From the IMG/VR virus record IMGVR_UViG_3300017991_000001, positions 62,001-126,000 of that record: a stretch of DNA of 64,000 nt; one strand, 5' to 3'. Every line of letters starts with the position of its first letter. Positions within the stretch are counted from its first letter, which is position 1. Made by a program: the position numbers and the translations under genes. Below, one piece after another: positions 43,996-53,251 of this stretch. The notes below the pieces were generated by a model. It did no database searches, was not told the origin of the DNA, and was given only the letters and a program-made list of their open reading frames with translations.

Positions 43996-44244
43996 ATGGA
44001 CATCGAGATACAGTACTGCGAGTTGTGAGGGGGTCGAGAACACGCCGACCGTGTTGTCGGTGAGATCCGCCGGTACCTGTCGCTGCCCACGAGCATCCTT
44101 GACGTGGGCAAGGGCAAGTTCGAGGTGCTGGTCAATGGCAAGACCATCTTTTCAAAGCAGAAGGCAGGACGGTTTCCGCGTCCCGGCGAGATCGCCAAGA
44201 TCTGTCGGGACACGTTCCGAAATCCGATGCAGGCATCGAAATGA
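43996..44244 (+). CDS. Rdx/SelW-SelT-SelH family selenoprotein (CxxU), 82 aa, UGA at 44026-44028 read as Sec
   Basis: MDIEIQYCELUGGREH...GKFEVLVNGKTIFSKQKAGRFPRPGEI; family motifs on both sides of the in-frame TGA; true stop overlaps the next ATG (ATGA). Confidence 0.85.
44041..44064 (+). promoter_or_regulatory. Bacterial SECIS-like hairpin
   Basis: GCCGAC-CGTGTT-GTCGGT; loop starts 21 nt after UGA with G-U at loop positions 2-3. Confidence 0.6.
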
Positions 44245-44582
44245 GCATGTCGAAGCCCAACTGGAGCGACCTGAAGCGCCGCCGGCGCATGGGTCGCGCG
44301 CAGCGCTGGAAGTCCGCCGTGAAGCACGTACCGCGGCTGACCGCCTTCTGCGCCGAGCACGGCGTGGAAATGAGATCCGTGGATGGGGGGTATCAGTTCC
44401 GGTTCATGGAGTACGTGATCATCTGGTTCCCGGCGACCAACAAGGTGCTGGTCCAATACCAGTTGCCGGGGCATGAGACCGTTCGATTTGAAGAGAACGG
44501 ACAACACAACAAGCCACGTGTACTAGTGGCACTGGAGGAGATGGTTGACCTCACGAGGCCTAAATGCGTATCGCACGGTTAG
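44241..44582 (+). CDS. Hypothetical protein
   Basis: ATGA overlap with the selenoprotein stop. Confidence 0.6.
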   Translation: MSMSKPNWSDLKRRRRMGRAQRWKSAVKHVPRLTAFCAEHGVEMRSVDGGYQFRFMEYVIIWFPATNKVLVQYQLPGHETVRFEENGQHNKPRVLVALEEMVDLTRPKCVSHG

Positions 44583-44928
44583 TCTGTGCGTGACCGACAG
44601 CGTCTCGTCAGAGTGTCGGTTGTGCCAGTGCCGATCCCGACGAGACGAGCAGCTTGTGGCCCTGGAGCTGTACCCCGGGCCGAGGCTTGAGATCTACTGC
44701 TGTGAGTGTTACGAACACCTCTGGGTGGAAGCGTCTCCACACATGCCGGAGCTGCCTCCGCTGATTCAGTTGGAGACGGAAACTTCGCAGCTACAGGTAC
44801 CGGAGTACCTGGTCAAGGACAACAGCCTGTTCCAGTTGTTCTTTCCGAGCGACCCCATCAACCTGGGCGTCCTCAGGCAGCAGCGCCGCCGCGAACGCGG
44901 CCAGCTCGAAAAGGAGGGTAAGAGGTGA
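44545..44928 (+). CDS. Hypothetical Cys-rich protein
   Basis: CRLC...CCEC; start uncertain. Confidence 0.45.
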   Translation: MTSRGLNAYRTVSLCVTDSVSSECRLCQCRSRRDEQLVALELYPGPRLEIYCCECYEHLWVEASPHMPELPPLIQLETETSQLQVPEYLVKDNSLFQLFFPSDPINLGVLRQQRRRERGQLEKEGKR

Positions 44929-45416
44929 TAAGGAACCCGCAGTTTCATCTCGGGGCGTTGTTCATGGTTTTGCTGATGGCCCCGCCCGTACTGACAGGGT
45001 GTTGGGGCAACGGCACCCCGGTCGACACGCCCCAGAAGAGGGCGGAGTTGGCGAAGGACGCCGGAGAGCTGGCGGCGCTGGGCTACCTGGCGATCGACAA
45101 GCCCTCCAACGAGGACGCCGCGAAGATCAAGGAGATCATCGACAAGGTCCGCGGCAGCCTTACGGAGTGGAAGGAGGGCGGCTTCATCACGGCGCTGCCC
45201 GAGCTGGAGGAACTGGCCGACAAGCTCTTCGAGGGGGAGGACAAGAAGGCTCTTCGCATCGGCGCCAAAAAGCTGACGAAGATGCTGCTCGAGGAGCTGG
45301 ACAACCTCTTTGAAAAGAACCCTTCGTGGAAGGACAAGGGCGACGAGGTGGCCACGCTGATCGGGAAGTTTATGGATGGGGCCTCGGACTCGTTCAAGAC
45401 GTACATTGAGTCCTAG
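44925..45416 (+). CDS. Putative lipoprotein
   Basis: Basic N-terminus, hydrophobic core, lipobox LTG-C. Confidence 0.65.
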   Translation: MIRNPQFHLGALFMVLLMAPPVLTGCWGNGTPVDTPQKRAELAKDAGELAALGYLAIDKPSNEDAAKIKEIIDKVRGSLTEWKEGGFITALPELEELADKLFEGEDKKALRIGAKKLTKMLLEELDNLFEKNPSWKDKGDEVATLIGKFMDGASDSFKTYIES

Positions 45417-45482
45417 GTGCACCGCGTTATCGTCATCGTGATCACGGCGACGCCTGTTACTTTGGAAAACCTGAGAATAGAT

Positions 45483-45516
45483 GAGAGGGTGGTCTGGTGA
45501 CCACCCTCTCTTCGTT
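45483..45516 (+). terminator. Probable intrinsic terminator
   Basis: Perfect 12-bp stem GAGAGGGTGGTC/GACCACCCTCTC, 4-nt loop, weak T tail. Confidence 0.5.
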
Positions 45517-45528
45517 GGAGGAGACATC

Positions 45529-45759
45529 ATGAACAAATTGCCGCGAGACCGGAACAGGCCTTCCCGCAACCGCACGAAGAGGGTTCACCTGCTTCATGAG
45601 GGGCGCGGGGCGTGCGGCCTCAAACTCAAGGGTCGCCGCAAGGCCATCGCGATCGTGGAAGCGGGCGACATCGAGAAGATCACCTGCCGGAAGTGCCTCG
45701 ATGCCGAGGTGCCGCCCAAGGAGCTTGTGCCCGTCGCGGAGTCACAGCCGGGTCTCTGA
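45529..45759 (+). CDS. Small basic Cys-containing protein
   Basis: GGAGGAG RBS; VHL...ACG...ITCRKC. Confidence 0.55.
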   Translation: MNKLPRDRNRPSRNRTKRVHLLHEGRGACGLKLKGRRKAIAIVEAGDIEKITCRKCLDAEVPPKELVPVAESQPGL

Positions 45760-45818
45760 TCTTTGGGCTTGTCAATCGAAGTTCTCGATATACACTTCGG
45801 GGAACTTCGGGGGATCTC

Positions 45819-46736
45819 ATGGAACTCTGGGTGATGTACTCGCCGTCGAACCTGGGCGGCCACCAGCTGGTCGGGCAGTTGTCCTCCGCGTTCATGGAGC
45901 GGGAGGAGATCGACAACGTTCTATCCATCCCGGACAACACGCTGCATGAGCACAGGGAGTGGGAGACCCTGCCGGACATGCTGTTGCTGGTCGATGCCAT
46001 CGAGTCCTACATGTCCTGGCGCTTCGCCGTGCCGGGGCGGCCGTGGATCTGCGCGGCCTCGTTCTCCTACGCCGACCTCTACACGCTGTACCGCGGCGGC
46101 GTGCGCCTGAACGAAACGGGCATCAATTACGTTCTGACCAACTGTGCTTCCTACGTGGAGCGCTCCACGGCGACCATGCCGGCCAAGCTGTGCTACCGCC
46201 CCATGACGGAGAAAGGCGGACGGCACGCGGGTCTGCCGACTGTAGGGGCGGTGCTGCCGAACGTGAAGGACCGGGACTTCAGCCTGCTGTTGTGGGTGCG
46301 CGAGAAGCTCATACAGCGAGGCATGCAGTCCCGGTTCAAGGTCTTCCTGCACGCGGATGCCGAGGGGCGGCTGCCCGGGAAGCTGCAGTTCGAGACCTAC
46401 ACGGACGAGCGCAGGCCTTACGGCGACATCGACGTGTATGTTCCGGTGCCGCGCATCACGGATTACCGGTCCGGCGTCATCCCGGCCGAGTTCATCCAGG
46501 CCTGGCACGCGGGCTGCCGCCCGCTCGCCGTTTTTCATCCGAACCTGGAGCCGTTGGGGATTCCGCTTTACGGCTCCCTGTTGGAGATCGAGCAGGACCT
46601 GGACAAGCTGGCGGAGGGCGAGGACCTGACGCCGTACGGCCCGCCCAGCGAGGAGTTCTGCCCGAGTATGGAAACATTTGTCACGGAGGTCATGCAGGGA
46701 CGTGAACGATGGGAACGAGACCGAGTCGCCCATTAA
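45819..46736 (+). CDS. GT-B fold glycosyltransferase-like protein
   Basis: S..GGH N-terminus; IDVYVPVP...SG.IPAE..QAWHAGCRPL resembles a GT-B donor-binding motif. Confidence 0.45.
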   Translation: MELWVMYSPSNLGGHQLVGQLSSAFMEREEIDNVLSIPDNTLHEHREWETLPDMLLLVDAIESYMSWRFAVPGRPWICAASFSYADLYTLYRGGVRLNETGINYVLTNCASYVERSTATMPAKLCYRPMTEKGGRHAGLPTVGAVLPNVKDRDFSLLLWVREKLIQRGMQSRFKVFLHADAEGRLPGKLQFETYTDERRPYGDIDVYVPVPRITDYRSGVIPAEFIQAWHAGCRPLAVFHPNLEPLGIPLYGSLLEIEQDLDKLAEGEDLTPYGPPSEEFCPSMETFVTEVMQGRERWERDRVAH

Positions 46737-47565
46737 GGGTGCGGTATTCAGGCTGACGGATGTCGTGGCGAGGTTCGAGAGGCTGTTGACCCTCTCGGCG
46801 GGTTTCAAGGGGGAGCGGCTGCAGGGTGCCATACTGGCCGACTTCGCCAAGATCGTGTGCAGGGGACTCAGGCTGTACGACGAGGCAAGGGAACGGGCCC
46901 ACGCGGCACTGACCCTGTACAGCGGCCGGGTCCTCGATTGGGCGTTTTACATCGACTTGTGCTGGCTAATGGCGGCCGGGTACCCCCGGTTCAAGAAAGG
47001 GCTGGAGATACGCAACAAGTTTTCGGACGCCGGCAGCCGGTGGGTCGGCATCCAGGTCACGGACGTGCGGCCGGCCCCGCGCAGCAAGCACGGCACGAAC
47101 AGGGCGGAGGTCCACTTCCGCATACTGACGGGAATCTTCTGCGGGCTGAAGTTCACCCAGTGGATGCCGCACGACTACGTGACGAAGATCATGGCGAAGA
47201 CGATGGGCACGCTGCGGTATGCGGGGGCGCAGCCCAAGGAAGTGGTCGGCATGCTGGGCGTGGTGCTGATCGAGCTGAACAGGCGCGGACCGCAGGTCAG
47301 GGACCTGCGCGTGCCAGGCGGCGCCCTGACCTACAACAAGAAGCTGCGCAACAAGCGGGCGGAGCCGTGCATATGGAAGTACCAGTGGCCCTGTCACCTG
47401 TGTCCCATCGGGAACAGCGCCGAAAGCCAGCGATGCAGCAGGGGGACGCACCCCTTCACGTACGAGTACCGGGAGTGCCCGAGCTGCAAGCACAGGACGT
47501 GGTTCGACACGCACAGCAAGTCGGGCGTATGCGTCTCGTGCGGTGAGAAGCGGTCCAAGCGATAG
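46702..47565 (+). CDS. Hypothetical protein with multiple C-terminal CxxC motifs
   Basis: CHLC, CPSC, CVSC. Confidence 0.6.
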   Translation: MNDGNETESPIKGAVFRLTDVVARFERLLTLSAGFKGERLQGAILADFAKIVCRGLRLYDEARERAHAALTLYSGRVLDWAFYIDLCWLMAAGYPRFKKGLEIRNKFSDAGSRWVGIQVTDVRPAPRSKHGTNRAEVHFRILTGIFCGLKFTQWMPHDYVTKIMAKTMGTLRYAGAQPKEVVGMLGVVLIELNRRGPQVRDLRVPGGALTYNKKLRNKRAEPCIWKYQWPCHLCPIGNSAESQRCSRGTHPFTYEYRECPSCKHRTWFDTHSKSGVCVSCGEKRSKR

Positions 47566-47574
47566 GAGCAGGTC

Positions 47575-48120
47575 ATGCAGATGCGTCCACCAGGCGGCGG
47601 CGACCAGCGCTGGTACAGCCCCGAGAGGGACCTGGCCTACGCGCTGCCGCGTTACTTCCGGCAGGCCATCTTCGTGCGCTTCGGCGGCGAGGATGCCCGC
47701 ACGAAGCGGGACTACGGTCCCTACAACTTCGACCTGGAGGGCGTGACGGAGGAGCAGTTCGGCGAGGCGTGTGTCAAGGTGAGGGAGCTGTTCCTGGCGA
47801 TGCGCGACTGCCAGTTCCCGGACATGGAGGTCTTCCGGGAGCGCCTCAACGAACTGGATGAGAAGGTGCTGGGTCCGCTGTTGTGGCCCATGTTCCTGAT
47901 CATGCTGACGGAGTACCGGGAGTGGTGCGCGCTGGTCTCACCGAAGGACGAGACCGACACCGCGATCGACATGAAACGCATGGAAAGGGTTGTCAACGAT
48001 TTCGTACGCACGATCACCAAGAGGAAGAACCCGCTCTACAGGTTCATCCAGGACCTTGCCTGGATGGCCAGGCGAGCCCTCTCGAGGGGAAAGAAAGACA
48101 ATGAAGCAACTTTTGACTGA
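47575..48120 (+). CDS. Hypothetical protein
   Basis: AGGAG RBS; intact ORF. Confidence 0.6.
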   Translation: MQMRPPGGGDQRWYSPERDLAYALPRYFRQAIFVRFGGEDARTKRDYGPYNFDLEGVTEEQFGEACVKVRELFLAMRDCQFPDMEVFRERLNELDEKVLGPLLWPMFLIMLTEYREWCALVSPKDETDTAIDMKRMERVVNDFVRTITKRKNPLYRFIQDLAWMARRALSRGKKDNEATFD

Positions 48121-48802
48121 GATCGCCTCCAGATGCCCGGGCGGGAAACTGCCCGAGTCCTACCTGGTCTTCGACACCGAGACCAGCGGGGTGAATCCGA
48201 CGAAGGACAAGATCCTTCAATACGGGTTCGGCGTCGTCAAGGAGGGCCAGCTGGTGGACCACTTCTCCATACTGGTCAACCGGCCGGGCTTGAAGATCGC
48301 GCCGGGCGCCGTGGCCGTGCACGGCATCAGCGAGGAAAAGATGGCCGCGGAGGGCATGGACGCCGAGGCGGCCTTCAACGAGGTGCTGTCGACCTTCCAG
48401 GCCTATCGCTGCGCCGAGCAGATGTTCGTCGGGCACAACATGATCGCGTTCGACGCGGAGCTGTTCGAGAACGAGTCCCGCCATTGGGGCAAGGAGTTCC
48501 GCTTCGGGGAGAACGAGATCTTCGACACGGGCATGGTGGTGAAGGCCGCCCAGTTGGGGATGTACTTCGACCAGCGCGACTCGATCCGCTCCTGGGCCCG
48601 CAAGGTCAGCGAGGTCAGGGCGCGGGGCGTGTACTGGTCGCTGGACCGGCACTGCTTCTCGGCGTTCAAGCTGTCGAAGTTCGGGCTCGACAAGGAAGCG
48701 GCCCACGACGCCGGTGAGGACTGCCAGCTGACCCACTTCCTCGTGAAGCGCTTCAAGGAGAAGCTGGAGGAGCTCATCCCCGAAGAGGAGATCCCGTTTT
48801 GA
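48101..48802 (+). CDS. DEDDh 3'-5' exonuclease (Pol III epsilon-like)
   Basis: VFDTETSG, VGHN..FD, AHDAGEDC. Confidence 0.9.
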   Translation: MKQLLTEIASRCPGGKLPESYLVFDTETSGVNPTKDKILQYGFGVVKEGQLVDHFSILVNRPGLKIAPGAVAVHGISEEKMAAEGMDAEAAFNEVLSTFQAYRCAEQMFVGHNMIAFDAELFENESRHWGKEFRFGENEIFDTGMVVKAAQLGMYFDQRDSIRSWARKVSEVRARGVYWSLDRHCFSAFKLSKFGLDKEAAHDAGEDCQLTHFLVKRFKEKLEELIPEEEIPF

Positions 48803-49413
48803 GCAAACCGATCAGGGCCATAGGGGTCGACGCGGGTTTTCGCAAGACGGGCGTGGCCCTGTTCGACCTGCGCCCCAAGGGCGATGTGCTTGTCGCGGCG
48901 GACACGCTCGTCACCTCGAAGGAGACGGCGTCCGACCGGTTGAACGACGACGTGGATGCGTGTTGGAACCTCTACACCAACATCGAGACGTTCATGATCA
49001 AGTACGAGCCGAGCGCCGCTTTCATTGAGATGCCTCACGGCGGCGCGCAGGGTGCGCGGGCGAACCGCTGCATGGGCATGGCGACGGCCGTGATGGCGTC
49101 CCTGTTCAACGCGGTCGGCATGCCCTACGAGATGTTTGCGCCGACGGAGGTGGAGAAGGCGCTGGGCGTCTTCCTGACGAACAAGCAGGCACGCGAGATG
49201 GGCATCCCCAAGGGGAAGACGGGCAAGCACAAGAAGGACCGCCTGAAGAGCATCGTGCTGGCCGAGTTCCCCGACTTCGACGGTTGGCCCAAGGCGGTCA
49301 CACGGGCGGAGGACGCCTACGACGCGGCGGCCGTCTTCCACGCCGCGCGCTTCCGCGGCAGCGAACTATACCTGAAACTAAGGAGGAAAGTCAGTGGCGG
49401 ACAAGCCGGTTGA
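48799..49413 (+). CDS. RuvC-like Holliday junction resolvase
   Basis: IGVDAGFRKTGVA, FIE, P..V.KAL, DAYDAAAV. Confidence 0.75.
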   Translation: MSKPIRAIGVDAGFRKTGVALFDLRPKGDVLVAADTLVTSKETASDRLNDDVDACWNLYTNIETFMIKYEPSAAFIEMPHGGAQGARANRCMGMATAVMASLFNAVGMPYEMFAPTEVEKALGVFLTNKQAREMGIPKGKTGKHKKDRLKSIVLAEFPDFDGWPKAVTRAEDAYDAAAVFHAARFRGSELYLKLRRKVSGGQAG

Positions 49414-50560
49414 TCCCAAGAAGCAGTTCCTGCAGGCCGAGCACGACGCGATGCTGGAGAAGATCCGGCAGTCGAAGGGGCAGGAGTCCTCGCCCCTGCT
49501 CGGGCCCGACGGCCAGCCCATTGTCAAGGACAAGGACGGCAAGCCCAAACCCGAAGGGATCGTGACGCCCGGTGAGATGGGCGCGCCGGCCAGCCAGGAG
49601 GAGTTCGACGAGCTGCTCGCCAAGCAGCGCCAGCAGGAGCGTGAGAAACGCGATGCGCTGGGCAAGCAGCTGCAGAAGGCGTTCGAGGACAACAAGGAGT
49701 TCGGGCTGGTGGCCGGGCATCTCCTGACGGCGTACCGGCTGCTGTTCTGGCTGATGAGCGAGGCGATGACCCACGAGGGCGTCACCAAGGACATGATCAA
49801 CCACCTCAGCGACTCCTGCCGGGCGAGCGCCATGAACCAGGGGTACAGCCTGCAGGAGCTGATCGGCACGATCCGCGGCAACCTGGTGCCCATGCTGAAC
49901 GGCCGCATGCAGTACTACAGCCGCAAGCAAAAGGCCCGCCAGGCCAAGATCAAGCAGATCGAGAAGCGCATCGGCGCCAAAGGCGTGGCGCTGCCGTGCC
50001 TTTCCATGGAGCGGATGTTCAAGGACAAGGACGGCAACCTGTCCGGTTTCCGCCCCGGGAGCATCATGCTCGTTCACGGCTCGCCCCTGGCAATCACCTA
50101 CGCGTTGGCGGCGTGTGCGAAGTCGCATAAGGAGAAGAACAACGGCGAGTCGTGGTTCCTGCAGCGCGTCAACGAGAAGGACGAGCACGACTACATCACG
50201 TTCATGCCGTGCAAGTGGTGGAAGCACAAGGCTCAGAGCTACAAGGAGCTGGAGGAGACACTCGAGCCGATCCGCAAGAGCGGAGCGGTGCTGGTGTTGA
50301 TCGACCAGCTTGATCTGCTGCACCCGCACGACGGGACGCTGCAGAGTCAGTCCAGGGCAGGGGCCAAGGCGCTGGGGAACCTTTACCAGTGGGCCACGGA
50401 GAATTGTGTGTGCTTCATCATCGGTGACGTGGTCGGCGACGACGTCACCGTGCCGCCCGAGGCGTACAGCCCGCTACCGCATCTGCCGGTGGCCCTCCGT
50501 AACGTGGAGGGGGAGCAGAAGCTCGTGATCGGTAACGACGTAATGGACATCGACCTATGA
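49394..50560 (+). CDS. Hypothetical protein, C-terminal half possibly a degenerate RecA/DnaB-like fold
   Basis: GFRPGSIMLVHG and VLVLIDQLDL, but no GKT/S. Confidence 0.5.
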   Translation: MADKPVDPKKQFLQAEHDAMLEKIRQSKGQESSPLLGPDGQPIVKDKDGKPKPEGIVTPGEMGAPASQEEFDELLAKQRQQEREKRDALGKQLQKAFEDNKEFGLVAGHLLTAYRLLFWLMSEAMTHEGVTKDMINHLSDSCRASAMNQGYSLQELIGTIRGNLVPMLNGRMQYYSRKQKARQAKIKQIEKRIGAKGVALPCLSMERMFKDKDGNLSGFRPGSIMLVHGSPLAITYALAACAKSHKEKNNGESWFLQRVNEKDEHDYITFMPCKWWKHKAQSYKELEETLEPIRKSGAVLVLIDQLDLLHPHDGTLQSQSRAGAKALGNLYQWATENCVCFIIGDVVGDDVTVPPEAYSPLPHLPVALRNVEGEQKLVIGNDVMDIDL

Positions 50561-51138
50561 AGATCAAGTTGGGATGTGTCGGCTACACCACCCAGATCAG
50601 GGAGGACTGGGAGCAGTTCGCTCCCGAGATCACGCCCCCGTCCAACTACAAGGACAAGGCGAAGATCGCGAAGTACGTTGAAGACGCCAGGATGAAGCAG
50701 CTGAACACGGCGGATACGACGCCGCTGTTGTGTGAGTTCCGCGAAGTCTGCGCGGTTAACGAGAAGGGGGAATGCGTGGAGCTGATGACGGGGACCCGTA
50801 TGGCCTATCTGGGTCAGTTCACGCACATTGCCGTGATAGGGGCGTCGTTGATGCGGCACCTGCTCATGCGCGAGCAAATCGAGCACGGCAGGAAATTGGA
50901 CGCGGGGCAACTGTGGAACATCATGAGCCTGCGTACAGGCTATCCGTTTCTGGCGGGCGGTAGTACGGGGAAGGACATTTTCGACCCCGTGCACGCACTC
51001 ACCTGCACGAGCACGCTGGACGATCATCTGGACAGCGTGGCAAAGGCGTACGGATACAAGCACGGCACCCTTACGGCGACGGATCGGGCGGTATTCGCGT
51101 ACCATCTTTGCAAGCTCATGGGGATTGCCGATGGATGA
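50557..51138 (+). CDS. Hypothetical protein
   Basis: ATGA overlap. Confidence 0.55.
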   Translation: MKIKLGCVGYTTQIREDWEQFAPEITPPSNYKDKAKIAKYVEDARMKQLNTADTTPLLCEFREVCAVNEKGECVELMTGTRMAYLGQFTHIAVIGASLMRHLLMREQIEHGRKLDAGQLWNIMSLRTGYPFLAGGSTGKDIFDPVHALTCTSTLDDHLDSVAKAYGYKHGTLTATDRAVFAYHLCKLMGIADG

Positions 51139-51766
51139 TCGACTCGTCAGGCCTGCGCCTGACTTCCAATTCGCGGAGTCGTTCAAGGACCTGGAGCGTC
51201 AGGGGTTCGTCCCCTGCGCTCTGGGTCCGGTCTACGTCTACGCGGAAGTGAAGGAGAGCATCCCGGACCGCTTTGCCATGGAGGACATACCTGGCAAGCC
51301 GTCCGAGATGCGGGGCATGGAGCTGCGCCTGGAGCGGCCCATCCTGTCCCACTGCATGGACTGGAACTACATGCTCAACATCATCGACGGTGACAGCTTC
51401 CCGTACTTCAAGCAGTGGCTGCTGTCGCAGCAGTTCGTCAACCGCGAGAAACGCTGCTTCTACGTGGTCCGGCACTTCAAGGTGCCGGTAAAGGACCCTA
51501 TTGCTTTAGCTCTCGGCAAGTCCGTGGACACGGCGCTGGACGTCTTCACGCTGAGCGGTTTTTCGGGGTTGCTCAAGCCGGTGATCTCCACCCTGCCGGC
51601 GACCTACACGGGCACCAAGGACCCCAAGGAGCTGTCCCCGCGGGACGAGGTGGCCAAGCGGGTGGACGCGGTCGTGCCAGACTTCGTGGTGCTCAAGGTC
51701 GCCTCGCCCGAGGACGAGGTGATCGACCTGGGCAAGGCCGCGCTGGAGATCGTGGACAATGCGTAG
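51131..51766 (+). CDS. Hypothetical protein
   Basis: Intact ORF overlapping neighbours. Confidence 0.55.
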   Translation: MDDRLVRPAPDFQFAESFKDLERQGFVPCALGPVYVYAEVKESIPDRFAMEDIPGKPSEMRGMELRLERPILSHCMDWNYMLNIIDGDSFPYFKQWLLSQQFVNREKRCFYVVRHFKVPVKDPIALALGKSVDTALDVFTLSGFSGLLKPVISTLPATYTGTKDPKELSPRDEVAKRVDAVVPDFVVLKVASPEDEVIDLGKAALEIVDNA

Positions 51767-51992
51767 GCTGAAGATTATTTCGGACGGCACACCCGAAGGT
51801 ACGCGCCTGGTCGACAGTGTGACGTCGGAGGATTTGAAGTTGCCCATTAAGAGCATTGTGTGGCGGTTTGACGTGGAGAGTTTCCCAACCGCGGAAGTGA
51901 CGCTGTTGTGTCCTCTGGCTACGTTGGTGGCGGATACCGTCATAGGAGGCCCGGATGGACCGGTCGAAAACAAAGGTGGCAGTGATCGGTGA
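51759..51992 (+). CDS. Small hypothetical protein
   Basis: LKIISDGT..GTRLVD. Confidence 0.55.
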   Translation: MRRLKIISDGTPEGTRLVDSVTSEDLKLPIKSIVWRFDVESFPTAEVTLLCPLATLVADTVIGGPDGPVENKGGSDR

Positions 51993-52938
51993 CGTGATGC
52001 TGGACGTGCACATCCACTGTGACGTGACGGGCATCTCCCCCGAAGACGACATCGCCCCCAAGCTGCGCATCCGCGAGGAGACCTTGCGGCCCGGCGGAGC
52101 CGGCAACGTGGCCCTCAACCTGAAGAGCCTGGGCCTGATCGACGAGGTCTACCTCTTCGGGTTGGTCGGTGCCGACGAGGAGGGCGACATGCTCAAGGGC
52201 GCCGTTGACGGCGCCTGCATCAATTTCATGGAGCTCGTCGACACCCGGCCCACCACCGTCAAGACCCGCTACCTGACCCAGCGCGGGCGGCACCTGTGCC
52301 GGGTGGACCGCGAGTCCGTTTTTCCCGTGACGGGCCACGAGCGCAACGCGTTGGAGAAGGCCATCATGAGCCACGGCCCGTACGACATGTTCGTGATCTC
52401 AGACTACGGCAAGGGCGTGGTCACGGACGGACTGATGGAGGGGTTGCGGGAGCGCAGCGGGGAGTCCCTGCCCATCGTGGTCGACCCCAAGGGGGACGAC
52501 TTCACCAAGTACGGCGAGGTGTACGCGGTCACCCCCAATATCAAGGAGTTCCTGGGCATCATGCGGAACCGCGCCGCGGACGTCTGGAACCTGAAGTGCG
52601 CGGCCCAGAACATCGTCATCACCCGCGGCGAGGAGGGCTGCCAGCTTCTGCGCACGGACGACAGGCAGCTCTTTCAGGGCGCATACACGGGTGACCCCGT
52701 CAAGAACACCTTCCCCTCCCGGGCCCGCGAGGTGGGTGACCCCACCGGCTGCGGGGACTCCTTCGTGGCGGGGCTGGTCAGCTCGCTGGTGGTGCATACG
52801 CAGCATCCCAAGCACGAGAGGCTGCAGCAGGCCTGCCGCTTCGCCAACGCGGTGGGGGCCTGCGCCTACGACCACCAGGGGGCCCGGTCGGTCACGCTGG
52901 ATGAGGTGCAGAAAGAGTTCGAGACGTTCAACTACTAG
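51955..52938 (+). CDS. Heptose-7-phosphate kinase (HldE/RfaE domain I, PfkB family)
   Basis: VIGDVMLD, RISP-like GISPE, PGGAGNVALN, TTVKTR, RVDRE, SDYGKG, VDPKG, TPN.KE, TRGEEG, DPTGCGDSFVA. Confidence 0.9.
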   Translation: MDRSKTKVAVIGDVMLDVHIHCDVTGISPEDDIAPKLRIREETLRPGGAGNVALNLKSLGLIDEVYLFGLVGADEEGDMLKGAVDGACINFMELVDTRPTTVKTRYLTQRGRHLCRVDRESVFPVTGHERNALEKAIMSHGPYDMFVISDYGKGVVTDGLMEGLRERSGESLPIVVDPKGDDFTKYGEVYAVTPNIKEFLGIMRNRAADVWNLKCAAQNIVITRGEEGCQLLRTDDRQLFQGAYTGDPVKNTFPSRAREVGDPTGCGDSFVAGLVSSLVVHTQHPKHERLQQACRFANAVGACAYDHQGARSVTLDEVQKEFETFNY

Positions 52939-52946
52939 GAGGTTCC

Positions 52947-53207
52947 ATGAAGCTCAAGATCAAGCTGCCGTCCTCGCTGGACGCCACGGACATTTCGTTC
53001 GACGACCAGTCCAACGAGATCTCGATGAACCTGGTTTTCTACGGGGACGGGAAGGAAAGCGTGGGCGGCGTGGTCCGCACCACCGATGAGGCCGACGAGA
53101 CGCTCTTTCGGGGCATCGTCAAGATCAGCGGCCAAACGGCCAAAGTGTCCGTCGTGGACCGCACGAAGCAGGTGAAGCCGCTCATTGAGAGGAAAAAGAA
53201 AGGCTAA
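52947..53207 (+). CDS. Hypothetical protein
   Basis: AGGAGG RBS. Confidence 0.6.
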   Translation: MKLKIKLPSSLDATDISFDDQSNEISMNLVFYGDGKESVGGVVRTTDEADETLFRGIVKISGQTAKVSVVDRTKQVKPLIERKKKG

Positions 53208-53251
53208 AATACGCCCGCGGGCGCGTTACAATACCCTGTCTGGACATTGCC

